A DNA stretch of 62,174 nucleotides, counting the filler, from Sphacelaria rigidula (lineage: Eukaryota), in assembly GCA_964200075.2 (NCBI GenBank). It is 10 parts of 10 records of this genome, joined end to end, with 100 filler letters (N's around TTAATTAATTAA, not from the genome) between each part and the next. Parts side by side here need not be neighbours in the genome. Positions count along the whole stretch, not along the records: positions 49,821 to 55,947 come from CAXNAA020022056.1; positions 56,048 to 62,174 come from CAXNAA020022057.1; 8 more parts are not named here. One strand, written 5' to 3'. Under the pieces are notes generated by a model, which saw nothing but the letters and a program-made list of their open reading frames with translations, made no database searches and was not told the origin of the DNA. Position 1 is the stretch's first letter, and each line of letters opens with the position of its first letter. Position numbers and translations under genes: made by a program. Of this stretch, positions 50,766-62,174 are shown one piece after another.

Positions 50766-51886
50766 GTGAGTAGTGGAATGTGAAATACGGGGTACTACAA
50801 AACCGGGTCTGCATTACACGGGGACGATAGTGGGCATTGGGTAAAGTTTAAAGTCGTATTGTATCATATGTGCGCCACGGGTCATGTACGTTACATCTCG
50901 GAACCGAGTCAAGTCCGCTTGTATTGTAGTAAACTAGTTGCCGGACGGTTTACGACGCGTGTACCTTGTCTCCCACCCGCTCATACGCCGAGAAACAATC
51001 CTGTGTGCAGCGACCACGACAGGCCTCGACCACCTATGTAATGCAGCACGCACGACGGTCGCGGTGAAGTTGCCGCTCTGGAGCGGGGGGGCGACGATTC
51101 GATGTGAGGGCCGGTACCGATGTTCTGTTCAGTCGGGGGAAGTCGTGTACGGTAATATGAATCATTTTGAACTTCCACGGACGCTGAAATGGCCGACTCG
51201 GATTCACCGCATCTGCTATATGTTTTTCTCCATGGTCCGTTAGTGTCCCCTCGCCACCGAAAACAGCTGGGTTTGAATTCTCTGTCGCTAGTGACGATGC
51301 GGCACTGGCGACAGGCCTGCTTCGCCACTACACCGTAAGCAATGAAAATCATTGCCTGGGCGTTCCAGACGTCGGACCCCGATATCGAAATGTATTTCGC
51401 TGCCGTACCTGAAGAGCAAGGCTTACGGCGATCTACACGCCAAACCCGCAGCGCAATCGATCGCCGTCAATATACTCGCAAGGTATGCACCGCCGGTACA
51501 TCCAGTCGCTTGTTGTGATCATCTCGAGTTATCTTCCATTAATTCGCCGCACTGAAGGGTGACGAGACTTTTTCATGTGGTATGTGTCCTGTTTGATGGA
51601 CCGTCAGGACCAATTATCCAGGGTGTAACTACACATGCCTCCCCTCCCCTCCGCTCGAAGCAGTCTATTTTTAAATTTTGAGGATAGATTTTTTGGTAGA
51701 GGGCGAACCTCGGGAACCTTCATGAACATCGAAAAGGTTTCGAAATTTAAATACAAAAGCATTCTCCGCTGTGATGTGCGACCTCACTCATCGTAGCAAA
51801 CTAAATATAAGATCAACAGTGTTTTGTACCAAAATCACTGGAGGACGCTATCGTTCCGTGTAAACACCGGAGGTCACGAATTGCAG

Positions 51887-52170
51887 ATGGCTGTTTTCGA
51901 GGATGAGCGAGGCCACATTTCACAGGCGGAGAGTGCAGATGTGTCTTTATGTCGAATGTATCGCGATGCGAAAGATCCCAAGGACGGTACCCAAACAACA
52001 TTCATCCTCGACTTTCGACCGTACCACGACAGACATTCGAGGGCGAACAAGATGACACCCACACGGAAAGATTGGGATCGGATCACCAAAAACGCCCGCA
52101 TCGAGCACAACCTGGTGGAGAGAATCGAGAGCGTGGTGCCTCGTCTTGCTTGGACGGACAGGTTTAAGGA
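51887..52170 (+). CDS. Contig 9 gene, exon B
   Basis: ttgcag|ATG..GA|gtgagt; open 94 codons MAVFEDERGH...RLAWTDRFK; phases 0 to 2. Confidence 0.75.
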
Positions 52171-52341
52171 GTGAGTGCCGTTAATCTGTAGCCCGGCCGC
52201 CGCCCGAGGTAGAGTGCTCTGTCTATATCGAGACCACGTAAGAATGCGCCGCCGTGTGCGTAAATATCACTGCACACTAGCCGACTTGTCACAGATTGTG
52301 GTGCGACGTTTGATGTTTTCGATTCCGATTTCTGTGAACAG

Positions 52342-52534
52342 CGGCGTGCACAAAATGATAGACGGTACGTACGGGTTGGAAGATTTCCAGCTGTTCGTGG
52401 GGGACTATGAATCGTCCGTGGACAAGACGATATCAGAGACAGGAGAAAGCCTGCCAGCTGAAGAACAGGAAGGCGAAGTCATGAAGGAATTCGAGGCGGT
52501 CTACAAGGGAAGACTTCCACGGCCCTTGGAGCTG
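52342..52534 (+). CDS. Contig 9 gene, exon C
   Basis: aacag|C..CTG|gtgcgt; (D)GVHKMIDGTYGLEDFQLF...YKGRLPRPLEL; phases 2 to 0. Confidence 0.75.
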
Positions 52535-52744
52535 GTGCGTTACTCCCCGTCGATAGTTGACTTTATTCCAGGAAAGTTGAGACATATATTCGCTGTCGCG
52601 AGCTGATCGGTGACCGGCCTCGATGCTCAGGCACGGAAGTCAACTGTATCTTTTCCGGTAGTACTGGTTGAGGAGTGTAAAACACCACCGCCTGTATACA
52701 ACTGCATAGACTTGCTGCCGGTCGTCCCTTATTTTGTATCGCAG

Positions 52745-53013
52745 TTCATACTTGACATACCAAAGATCTTGCCATCACCGCCGTTCGCAGATGACACAAA
52801 GAGGGAGTCGTTGCCTCTTCATATCCATGAAGGTTCACCAACAAGGTCGACGCTGTCCTTGGTGTTGGGGTCGAGAGTACGCACCTGCTGGAGATCGCCC
52901 TCCAAGGCGGGCGCTCTATCGAGCTCTTTCTCTCAGATGCCAGTCTCTCCGTCGTGGTGGATGATCGCATGGTGAAGACGTTCCAGAAAGCATTATCCTC
53001 TGGGCTCTTCAAG
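52745..53013 (+). CDS. Contig 9 gene, exon D, Ycf45/SpoIIIAA-N-like segment with an apparent 1-nt frameshift near 52832
   Basis: tcgcag|TTC..AAG|gtacag; 269 nt (3n-1); FILDIPKILP...LPLHIHEG switches frame to FTNKVDAVLGVGVESTHLLEIALQGGRSIELFLSD...SSGLFK. Confidence 0.6.
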
Positions 53014-53196
53014 GTACAGAGGGCGACACCACGGCTAGGCGGTATACATGCGAACATAGAAGTCGTGTTCCCTGATTGCCGTAGCGGCGGGTCTTCATGC
53101 AGGTGTAACAGGTTGCCGTTTTTGAGAGGTGTCATAAACTCTCACCAATCTTTCCAACTGCCGCTGGGCTCATTTTCACCCTCTATTTCTCAACAG

Positions 53197-53352
53197 CACG
53201 ATATCGGCGGCGCAGTGTATGTGGGCCCAGGGTTGCTCCCGTCGAAGCTGCTGGCCGACACGACCCCGCTGGCATTGCTGACTCCTGCCGCCGGTACTTC
53301 TGCTGAAGAGGTCATGAAGACCTCCGTGCAGCCGTTCGGATACACAGTGGAG
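53197..53352 (+). CDS. Contig 9 gene, exon E
   Basis: tctatttctcaacag|CAC..GAG|gtgaga; 52 codons HDIGGAVYVGPG...SAEEVMKTSVQPFGYTVE, phase 0/0. Confidence 0.7.
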
Positions 53353-53754
53353 GTGAGAGTGCTTCGGGCGAAACGAACGGTGTTCATATCGAGTCTTGTT
53401 TACCTGCTTCTTGGCCGTTTGAGGGTCGCGCAGCACCCGTGGACAGATAGCACCCTGTGGGGCGCACTGTGCAGGGTCCATACAGGGCCCTCCACAGTCT
53501 TTGTGAAAAAACCCTGACAATGAAAAGCCAAATCTGTACCCCTCGTAGCGTTTTGATAGGGTTTTCCCCAGGGATGGATTTGCAGCCCTGTGTAGGCACG
53601 TCGGTAAAGCCCTGCACAGTCCTGTGGTAGTGTTTTGGTGAAAAACCCTGACGTTTTTTTTTTAATTCCAAATATTTTGGTTCAAAATCTGTAAATTTAT
53701 ATATTTTCAATAAATAGCTTGTCCTCCTGTCCGAGGTAAATTCCTCTTCACCCG

Positions 53755-54130
53755 ATTTGAATCGAGCGAAAAGGAATTTATTTTGGACAGCAGGACAAGC
53801 TATTCAAAACAGATCCTTTTTTCGCCCAATTTATTTCGGCAAAAAAAAGGATCTATTTCGAACAGCAGAAAAAAATGTTCAAGATCGATCCTTTTTTCGC
53901 CCATTTTTAAAGTGAGCGAAAGAAGGATATATTTCGAACAGATTCTTCTGCTGCGCAAATCCCATGCACACTGGCAGATTCGGAATTTGAATAGCAGAAG
54001 AAGCTCGAAATATGTATTTACTTTTCCATCCAATTTATCCAGAGATTGGGGGGAAAAGAGATTTATTGCGAGCAGCGTCAGCTGCTGGGTAAATCCCGCA
54101 TACTGCATCGTCACCAGCGCATGGGATCCG
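53755..54130. repeat. Degenerate array of alternating inverted units (CGAAAAGGATxTATTTCGAACAGCAG)
   Basis: Motif and its reverse complement (ATCCTTTTTTCGCC) recur several times. Confidence 0.6.
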
Positions 54131-56375
54131 ACACGCAGAAAAAGTTGCTGAAAGGTATTCATCCTTTTGCCCCCCAGTCCGTATGTACATGGGCTGAAGG
54201 ATGAATTGCTCTCAACAGCTTTCACTGAGTAGAGATCCCACAAGTTGGATACGTGTGTATGTCCACACCTGTGCTTCGTCTGAACCCCTGGGAAGGCGTG
54301 GAAAGATCCTGGATGGTCGGGTATACCTCGCCCATCTATTCACATTTTTCACACAACCCCGTATTGCATCGTCTACCAACACGAACCATGTTTAGAAAAT
54401 ATCACTTAATCAATCGTATATTCATACTGACAGTATATGTAGACCATCATCACCCCACGATATATCTATACTCCGTATGTATATCACCGCACACAAATCG
54501 AACATCAATGAACGCACCCGCCCGCACAACAGTATTATTCCGCCCGGCTATACCACCACAACCCCGCAGCAAATAAGAGGACGGGTTGGGCACAGGGATA
54601 TAGACACATACACACTGCCGTGCGGGTGGATATATGATGTATTTCTCGTTGGTGGAAACTTGAGCACCTTCTTTCATGGTCGCGACATCGCGCGGCGACG
54701 ACATACGCGGGGTGCGTATATAGGCGCGGGTGCGAGGAACAATAATCAACCGACCGCCTATGTTATGCATGTATTGTACACACTCACCATCATATGCATG
54801 CTGCGGACGCACCGCGATATAAGATAGTGCAGCATACAGGCCGCGTACGATATGCTGCACGTTGACCACGTCTTTTTCACGTCGCACTGTAGGTAGAGAA
54901 TATACACATACATTGTCCTGCGCTGTCTTTACTGTACTTTCCCCCTTCCCTTTCACGCCCTACTTACTGTGCTGCAGCCGCTGTGCGCGCAAATATGATG
55001 TGGAACGCGCGCGCGAAAACTGGAGTTCGTGACGGTATATAACACCCGCCCCATATATCAAAATAAGCTGCAGGCATCTACATTATATTTATAGCCAGCC
55101 ATCTGCAGTACATGGCGCCGCACGTATAAGCACGGCGGTATAGCGCACTGTCCGGCATGCAATGGTATTGTGCAGTCCAGTCCAGTTTATTGGTGTGAAT
55201 ATATATCCCGAGTATACGCAGTATCAACCGCGCGATGAGATGTTTCATTATCCCCTATAATATGTTGTTTTGGCTTCGTCGACGCGGGACTACGGGGTTT
55301 TCATCAGGCATATGCATTTATCACCGAGGTCAAATGCGATCCGTTACCATGACATCAGCTGCAACAAAAGCTTGCGTGTAGTATGTGGGACTTGAACAGC
55401 TGAAGCTGCTCGCGAGCAAGTTCTCTACCCACCCAATTTCAGGTATTCTTGGTGGTGTACATATTCCATCTGCTATTAATATTTCCGCACATTAGTCCGA
55501 TCTCGCGAAGCCGTGGTCACAGACGTAGGCTCGCCTTCCCAATACCGTCCTTGCTATTCCTTAACAGGCACATTACCAAAATAAAGAAAAATAATAATAA
55601 GAAGAGCGACTCCACGAAAACCGGCCAGAAGTAGCTTCCCCGAGTTCAACGGGGAGAGAAAAGAAAGAAAGAAAAACAAACAAACAAACAACAAACGCCA
55701 GATGTATCAAAAGTGTACACCGAAAGAAAGGAAGAGAGAAGATAATACAGGACAAAACAGGAGGAGACAGGTGACACACGGAGAGTAGTATGGCCACCAT
55801 ATTAGGGGTTCAGCTCAACAACAAAAAAAGCAAAAACAACCCCAGGCACCCTCATATACGACTACCACAGCTGTTCGGGGAAAAGCAGCAGCGAGTGTAC
55901 TGCTCGAATGGACTACAGTTTACTTTTTAGAGGTCCTCGGTCGGCATNNNNNNNNNNNNNNNNNNNNNNNNNNNNNNNNNNNNNNNNNNNNTTAATTAAT
56001 TAANNNNNNNNNNNNNNNNNNNNNNNNNNNNNNNNNNNNNNNNNNNNCGTTTCATGCTCGTCGTGCCCGCCACCGATCGCGGACTCTGTAGTAGCCCGCG
56101 TACTCAGACGGTTGCTGCCGGACTACTAACTGTCACGTGAATTTTTTGTGTGCGGTATGGCACAATCCGTCTGCTGCACATATTTCGCCGCTTGCGACAC
56201 GACTACGTCATCATGCGGCGATCGGCCGAAGTAGGGGTTGATACGCCAATCATTTCAGTCCCTATTACACCAGTAGCTACTGTGCGTGTTTGTGTTTGTG
56301 TTTGTGTTGCCATCTCATCCATCCTGTACCTTGACAGGATTATTCACGTGTTGGTTTACCGCGGGCTCGCCGCAG

Positions 56376-56445
56376 GTGGCAAGAGCACAAGATGCAAATG
56401 ATGACCACTACCAGCGTCTGCACACAGGCTACATGATGGCCTCGG
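56376..56445 (+). CDS. Unknown spliced gene (contig 10), exon
   Basis: cgcag|GTG..TCG G|gtgtgc; VARAQDANDDHYQRLHTGYMMAS(G); phase-compatible with 56803. Confidence 0.45.
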
Positions 56446-56802
56446 GTGTGCAAATCCCCAGGATTTTTTCGTAGACTACAAGGTGGGGTCCTGAAAACTG
56501 ATTTCTCTGAAGAAAGTCTCTGAGAAAAGTCGTCCAAAATGACTTTCCTCAGAGATTTTCTCCAGTCTATAAGAAGTGGCTTTCGAAGCTTCTTCGTTGA
56601 TTCATGAACCAGCAAACAGCCAACGAAGCTGTTTTGAGAAGAGGCTGGTGGTGAAATGGCGAAGCAAGGGCGAAAAGCAATCCAACAGAAAGAGGATATC
56701 TCGGCTTCGAGACTTGTCCCTTGCTCAACCTACAACTCAACCTAGATCTTGTCGTGGGCGCACTTGAAGTAAGGTGCTCAATAAACATTGATATGTGTTC
56801 AG

Positions 56803-56954
56803 GTATCAGTCACCACCAGGCGAAGATCCTTGACAACAGGAAACACGACATGCAGGGGAGAGATATGGACGACGACGAAGAAAACAACAGGTTCCGAACG
56901 TTCCGCGCATCTCACGCCCTCTATGTGGCACGAACACTCATACAAGCGCCAGAT
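56803..56954 (+). CDS. Unknown spliced gene (contig 10), exon
   Basis: gttcag|GT..GAT|gtacgg; (G)ISHHQAKILDNRKHDMQGRDMDDDEENNRFRTFRASHALYVARTLIQAPD; a possible next exon is 58288-58376 (VFYIKSDRTEPH...KTWV). Confidence 0.5.
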
Positions 56955-57274
56955 GTACGGCACACTTGGTGCATACCGTACGGCGGTCAGTGTGGATACG
57001 ACAGTACAGTACGTATACGGCTTCAGGCCCCACTTCCTCATTCAAATTTGATCATCCGTTCCGAGGGGTAGGAAATGCCACGACATGTCTTGGGTTGCGA
57101 ATGAACACCCCGTTTTGGGATGGTCGATTGCACTAAGGAGGACTGCGCCAGATCGCCATGCAAACTGTAGTCCCGCATCCTTGTTTACTGCAAATGATTG
57201 AGGATCTTCACTGCATGAAAATTCATCGATGAAAATCAGGCACAGCTGACCTGTGCACGGGAAAGGCGGTTTAA

Positions 57275-57440
57275 CCCCTCGACGTCGAGGTTAGCTTCTG
57301 TTGAATCGGCATCAAAATTTATGATCAAGAAAGACTAACCTCGCGGTCTGACCGCGAGGTTAGTCTTCTGTTGAATCGGCATCAATTTCAAGTGCAAAAA
57401 AAAATTGCATGGTCCAGAAAGACTAACCTCGCGGTAAGGG
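57275..57440. mobile_element. Two fused copies of the ~100-bp piggyBac-like MITE (opposite orientation)
   Basis: TTAA|CCCCT...GTTGAATCGGCATCAA...CTAACCTCGCGGTAAGGG|TTGA. Confidence 0.7.
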
Positions 57441-60176
57441 TTGACCGAAACTCGGCCATGAAAATGCATGGTTCAACATGCTTGTTATCATCACACTCCA
57501 ACACTGCCCCTAATTTTGACCACAACCCACCACACACCATGCACCCTCGAGCAAGGAGGGTATGGTACATAAACGGTGCTCCGTGCCGAGTGTGCATTGG
57601 CAGAGCCAAAATCAGGGCGTCGATTCGACCGGAAACGCTTGCTGGGCGCGCAGGGCGATCACTCGGGACCGTGAACCATGAAAAGATCCGAATACGATTT
57701 ACGATTACTCTCTGTAACCATTCAACAATGGATTTTTGTCAAGTTCCCTTTCGTATGAATTCTACAGGAGCGAGCAGGTGCGGTTTTCCCTTCAAGTATC
57801 ACCCCGCGAAACTTGTACATGTGGTACTTGTGTTGAAGCCGACTAATCTTTTTCCAACCACGCAGCGGGCATCATTAGTGTAGGGTTGGCAGGGACCTCT
57901 CCGCACGTTCGTAATCAACCGGCAAGTCGCGCCTCAATGTGAGACCCTCACTGTTGTACAATACAATCAACCGTAACAGTACTCCACTGTGGTGCAATAC
58001 AGTACACTGTAATAGTACAGACAGACCGTGCCGCCTTACATTCTACACAAGACGACAGCAATCCGTTGCAGCACCCGTCGTGTTCCATTTATCACCTGTG
58101 GGCAGAGCAAAAGTACCAGCGTAATGACTGTACTATCGTAGTATTGCACTGCATCAGACCATCATGCCGTATCGAATTTGAAATCTGCCATCACGCAGGT
58201 GCGAATACAGTACTGTGTACGGAACGGTATTTGCTGGTCTGTCCGTACCCCCCGCCCCCGGTACCCCGTGCGGGGGCGAGCTACAAGGTCTTCTACATCA
58301 AGAGTGACCGCACCGAACCGCACCGTTCAGTAGTTGTACAGCCCTTGGACCGCCTATCGTACAAGACTTGGGTCGGGTAAAACGCATATCGGATTCTACC
58401 GGTGTTGATGCTGCGCAGTACCGCTATTGTAGTTTCGAACGCGCAATTCGTGTCTACTTTCCCCGAAACGATGAGCTGCGAATATCACGACGTGCGTAGC
58501 TACTGGGAGCAACAAGCTGGCTCAATTTCATTCGGGGGGTCGCGCACAGAATTATTGCAAGTGCGTTTTTGAGCACGATCGGGCGCCGTGATACTACGAC
58601 CAGGCTCACGGACGAAACAAAGTAGGGGGATCAAACGAGCGTTGATGTCAGCTGAACATCATCTGCTATGCATGTTTAGAAAATTGTGTAGTAACGTTCA
58701 AATCTTTTCTCATGCGTCCACGAGTATGTACATATGCCCCACCACGGACCGAGTTCTCGAAGGCTGGACATATCCAACGATATTTCAGGGTCCTACCGTG
58801 GTCCACGAACCTAAAGATGCGACAAAAAAAACGGGGCCATGATTCGTGCTTCGGACCTGTTGGACCGAAACAAACATGGGTTGGCAGAATAGAAGGTGCA
58901 ATCTACAGGGGAGAATTGTATGCGACTTTTCCGTCGAGTTCCATAATTGGAGGCCTCCGGGATTTTTTTGAGTGTGCCTCGAACCCAACGCAACGCATAT
59001 GAGCAAAACCATTGTTGTGAGGAGGATGGATACCCTGCCGTTTTGGCGAAGGACGGACTTGAGCGAAAGACGTATTGCGCGCACATACACCATTTGGGAC
59101 TGCTAGCCCTCTGAAGATACGAATCTCCTGGCCATGAACTAATATGAGGTATTTCCACCCGAGATACTTTTACCCGAACATGGGGTGGTAGCCTGTGACC
59201 ACGGGAGACGTCCGAGTCAGATGCCCAGTACAACAACGCGCAGATACCGGAACGACTTTTGAATGTGAAGACAAAAGCAACAACAACTACCACACCAACC
59301 GTGGAAATTTGACGACGACCCTCCCAAAGTCTACTGAGTGCTGATGGAACAGTTGGTCCTGAACCCCACCCCCCATATACCAACAAATGCGCGTACAACT
59401 GTCTGTCATGTTCGACATTTCGACGGAAAACAAGGACGAGTGTGACACACGATGTAAAAGCAAGACATTCTTGTATTGGAACGGAAAAAAATGAAGTACA
59501 GGGGCAGACTAGTACATCATGTTGCGCTCGGAGTACTCGACACCAACAGAGCGAGTGATGTCGGGGGTCGGTTGAGACTCTTAAGCGTATATAGGTATGC
59601 AGAAACAAATACGCAGAGGGAGACTTGGGCTTCATCTCAAACGGGTCCGTTTCCAAACCACGGGCGGGTTCCTTGATCTCTCCTCAACATTTATCCAAGA
59701 AGGGGTCTACGGTCGTTTGTTCCTTGTTTTCTCGGGAGGAGCGAATGCGCGAAAGACAAATCAAACTGAGCAAGAAATAGCCACCCTATTACAGTACCCC
59801 CAAGCTTCTTTCTATCCCACGGCAACTCTCCAACCAACCCTGGCCGTAAGAACTGTCGTGCTCAGTGAAAAACTTGGTAAGAGTGCAACTGTTGTACGGC
59901 TATACAGCCCACGTCCATCATTATGTTGTTGAATAGTTGGCGCTTCGGTCAACGTAATGGAGTGTGTGCGGGGTGATGAAAAAGTTACCTGAGTTTACAA
60001 TACAAGCAGATAAGAGAGTCCGTTTGAAAAAATAAACCGGTCATGAATATAATATACGTTTTGATGTACCCGACATACGTGGACATACCTTACATATTTG
60101 TTAACATCCCGGCAAGACAAAACTTGACTGAGCGTGACAGTAAGCAGAAGTAGTCTTCCGACACACAGGCACACAC

Positions 60177-60524
60177 CTTCTCAGACGGAGTCCAGACACG
60201 CTTCCGCAGAGATTCAGGCGGACATGTCGACGGACTCACGGCCTTCTGACTTCTGGTGCTGTATATCGGGATCACCGCTGTTTCGTCGATCTCTATGATC
60301 GGGTCGAACTCGGAAGTGCCTTGGCGCAAACTCAGTCGCGATTTGCGCGCTGGATGGTATTGATTTTCCGCGAAAGCACATGAATCGTATGAGCGATGTT
60401 CGCCGCCAGTGCTCGCCCGGTGACGGCTGGAAGTGTTGCGTTGCACGTCGTCGCCATCATCTAGCGGTGGGTGCAGCAAGTCGAAGCCTGCACAGTCAAC
60501 GAGACAGCTGAAGAACGAGGCCAT
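60177..60524 (-). CDS. Possible first coding exon of an unknown gene
   Basis: ATG at 60524, open 116 codons MASFFSCLVDCAGFDLLHPP...RKRVWTPSEK ending at AAG|gtgtgt; no recognisable domain. Confidence 0.4.
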
Positions 60525-61764
60525 GCGCAGTCAACGTGTTGTCGTTTGATGTGTACCACGGGGTCACGGGGTGTAGTTGTGATGCTTGCAATGTACAGCG
60601 GAGCAGTACTATTATAATAGTGCAGTACAGACAGGTCGTAGAACGGTGAGCGTGTGGACTGCGGGTCTGCTGAACAGACAAATATAAGGATGCAAAACAA
60701 GTCAAGTTTGGATCCGTGTGCAGTATCTGCTCTTCGTGAGGGCGGTACGCAGAGAGACCTGAGACATGCCCTATGCCCGCGCCCTGTCTCTCTCGATTCG
60801 TGATGATATATATCGTTTGACTCTTTTGCTGAGGATTTCGTCGTCCATTTACTACACAGCATATATGGCCTGTGCCATCATGGCCTGTGCCATCCCGAAT
60901 TCCAGCCCTCAGGAAGTTGCACAGCATGCGCTCGACCTGCGCGATCTCCTTTCTAGCGTGTCCTCGAAGTGGATGGCAGGACTGAGGGGACTCGAGGCTT
61001 GCACAGTGTGCGCGAACATGATGATTCGATTGCGTCTATAGCCACGGTCAAAGGCGGCCTACAGCTCAACATACAATTTGAGACTTCGGTCCGTGTTCTT
61101 TTGTCATGTAGTTCATCGCCGCTTCGCACACTCGCCCGGTCCAAACCTGAGGCAACATTGAACGCACAAACAGCCAAACTGACAGTCCTCTTCTCAAGCA
61201 CCGCCACGATGCAATGCAGATATGGATTTTCTTCACAGACAGTGTTTAGATAGATACGCCCCAACCGCGCCCATGGTCGCGGGTGAAGGTACCCTGCAGC
61301 TCGAGGTCAAGGATTTTGAAAGCTTGGACGGGGAGCTGCGCTCGTTGAACAAACAGAAACGAGCTGTTTTTTGTGTTTATTTTTTGTGTGTCGATTTTTT
61401 CACACGCGGGACTATGGAGACAACAACAAATGAGAGTTTCGGAAGATTTTTTGTTCAGTGCAGAGAGAAAGCTTCGAAACTTCACAGTGGAAGTTAAAAA
61501 CTTCATACGACTCTATGTAGCGGAAGCTGATGTGACCTGGCTTGACGGGATTTTTTTTTGTCGCAGTGATTGGCCGCAGATTGCCCCGCCAAATGTACGA
61601 TCGACCACCGTCCAGTTTGAAAGTGCATACAAGGGCAACACTGACAGTACCGTACACTACGACATCGTATGCACCGTACACTACGCCTTTTCACTGCACC
61701 CGCAGTACTTCAATTCACCACGGCGCAATACAGGAATTTATATTCCTGTATTCCTGTAGTGCTG

Positions 61765-61822
61765 TAGTGCTGTACAGCGTGGGGTACAGTGCAGTACAGT
61801 GCAGTACAGTGCAGTACAGCGA
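61765..61822. repeat. (GTGCAGTACA)n short tandem repeat
   Basis: Three exact 10-mers plus degenerate flanks. Confidence 0.8.
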
Positions 61823-62044
61823 GTACAATACAGAACCCTACAACAACAGTGCATTGCGATGCGGTGAACTTCTGCACAGCGACACCGTACAGAGAGTCAG
61901 TTATACAAACAATAGTACAGTACAGACCAGGGGGCAGCGCGGAGAATTTTTTCGGACGCGTAGCCCGCCTCCCCCCCCCCCCTCCCGCGAGGGCATTTTT
62001 TCGAAAATTGTCGTAATATTTTTGATATTTTTCCTCAACTTTGT

Positions 62045-62174
62045 CGCAAGGAGTATACAGCCGATCCTAGTTTTGGGGGTTGAAACAAAAAATGAGGTTA
62101 AAGTCCCATTTCTCTATTGCAGGGAAGATACGAAAGAGTAAGACAGAGCGAAAGTATCTTCCTTCCCAAACCTC
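62045..62174 (-). repeat. Dispersed repeat shared with 18700-18825
   Basis: Reverse complement GGAAGATACTTTCGCTCTGT..ATCGGCTGT matches the start of contig 4. Confidence 0.8.

Noticed and set aside
54130..54330. Merlin/IS1595-like motif (IHPSAHVHTDW) on the minus strand
   Set aside because: A single short motif with no other catalytic context
58811..59656. 281-aa minus-strand ORF
   Set aside because: No domain, atypical composition and no supported splice structure; likely a chance ORF
60913..61365. Plus-strand coding-like fragments (EVAQHALDLRDLL..; TLQLEVKDFESLDGEL..)
   Set aside because: The frames do not join and no family is recognised

Overview
Eukaryotic, intron-rich and repeat-rich DNA, most likely a brown alga (Phaeophyceae). 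This is inferred from the GSDH+WSC gene, kb-scale GT-AG introns and stramenopile-type Gypsy motifs. The window is not one locus: ten unplaced contigs of 6127-6128 bp are joined by an artificial 100-bp linker (N44-TTAATTAATTAA-N44), so neighbours across linkers are unrelated. Most ORFs in the track are spurious; the real genes are spliced. By reading splice sites and phases I recovered these gene fragments: a glucose/sorbosone dehydrogenase (GSDH) beta-propeller + WSC protein (4 exons, -), a MYB transcription factor (large exon, -), an ankyrin + coiled-coil protein (4-5 exons, -), a parallel beta-helix-like exon (-), a 5-exon gene with a Ycf45/SpoIIIAA-like segment and a probable frameshift (+), and two unknown genes. 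Mobile DNA includes an internally deleted Ty3/Gypsy pol, a probable DIRS-like relic, two tRNA-headed SINE families, GAG..CTC MITEs with 4-bp TSDs (Sola2-like), TTAA-stacked piggyBac-like MITEs, long foldback/TIR elements, and a high-copy modular repeat anchored on poly-G runs. I found no clear-cut new protein system. The most novel signals are structural features of the repeats.
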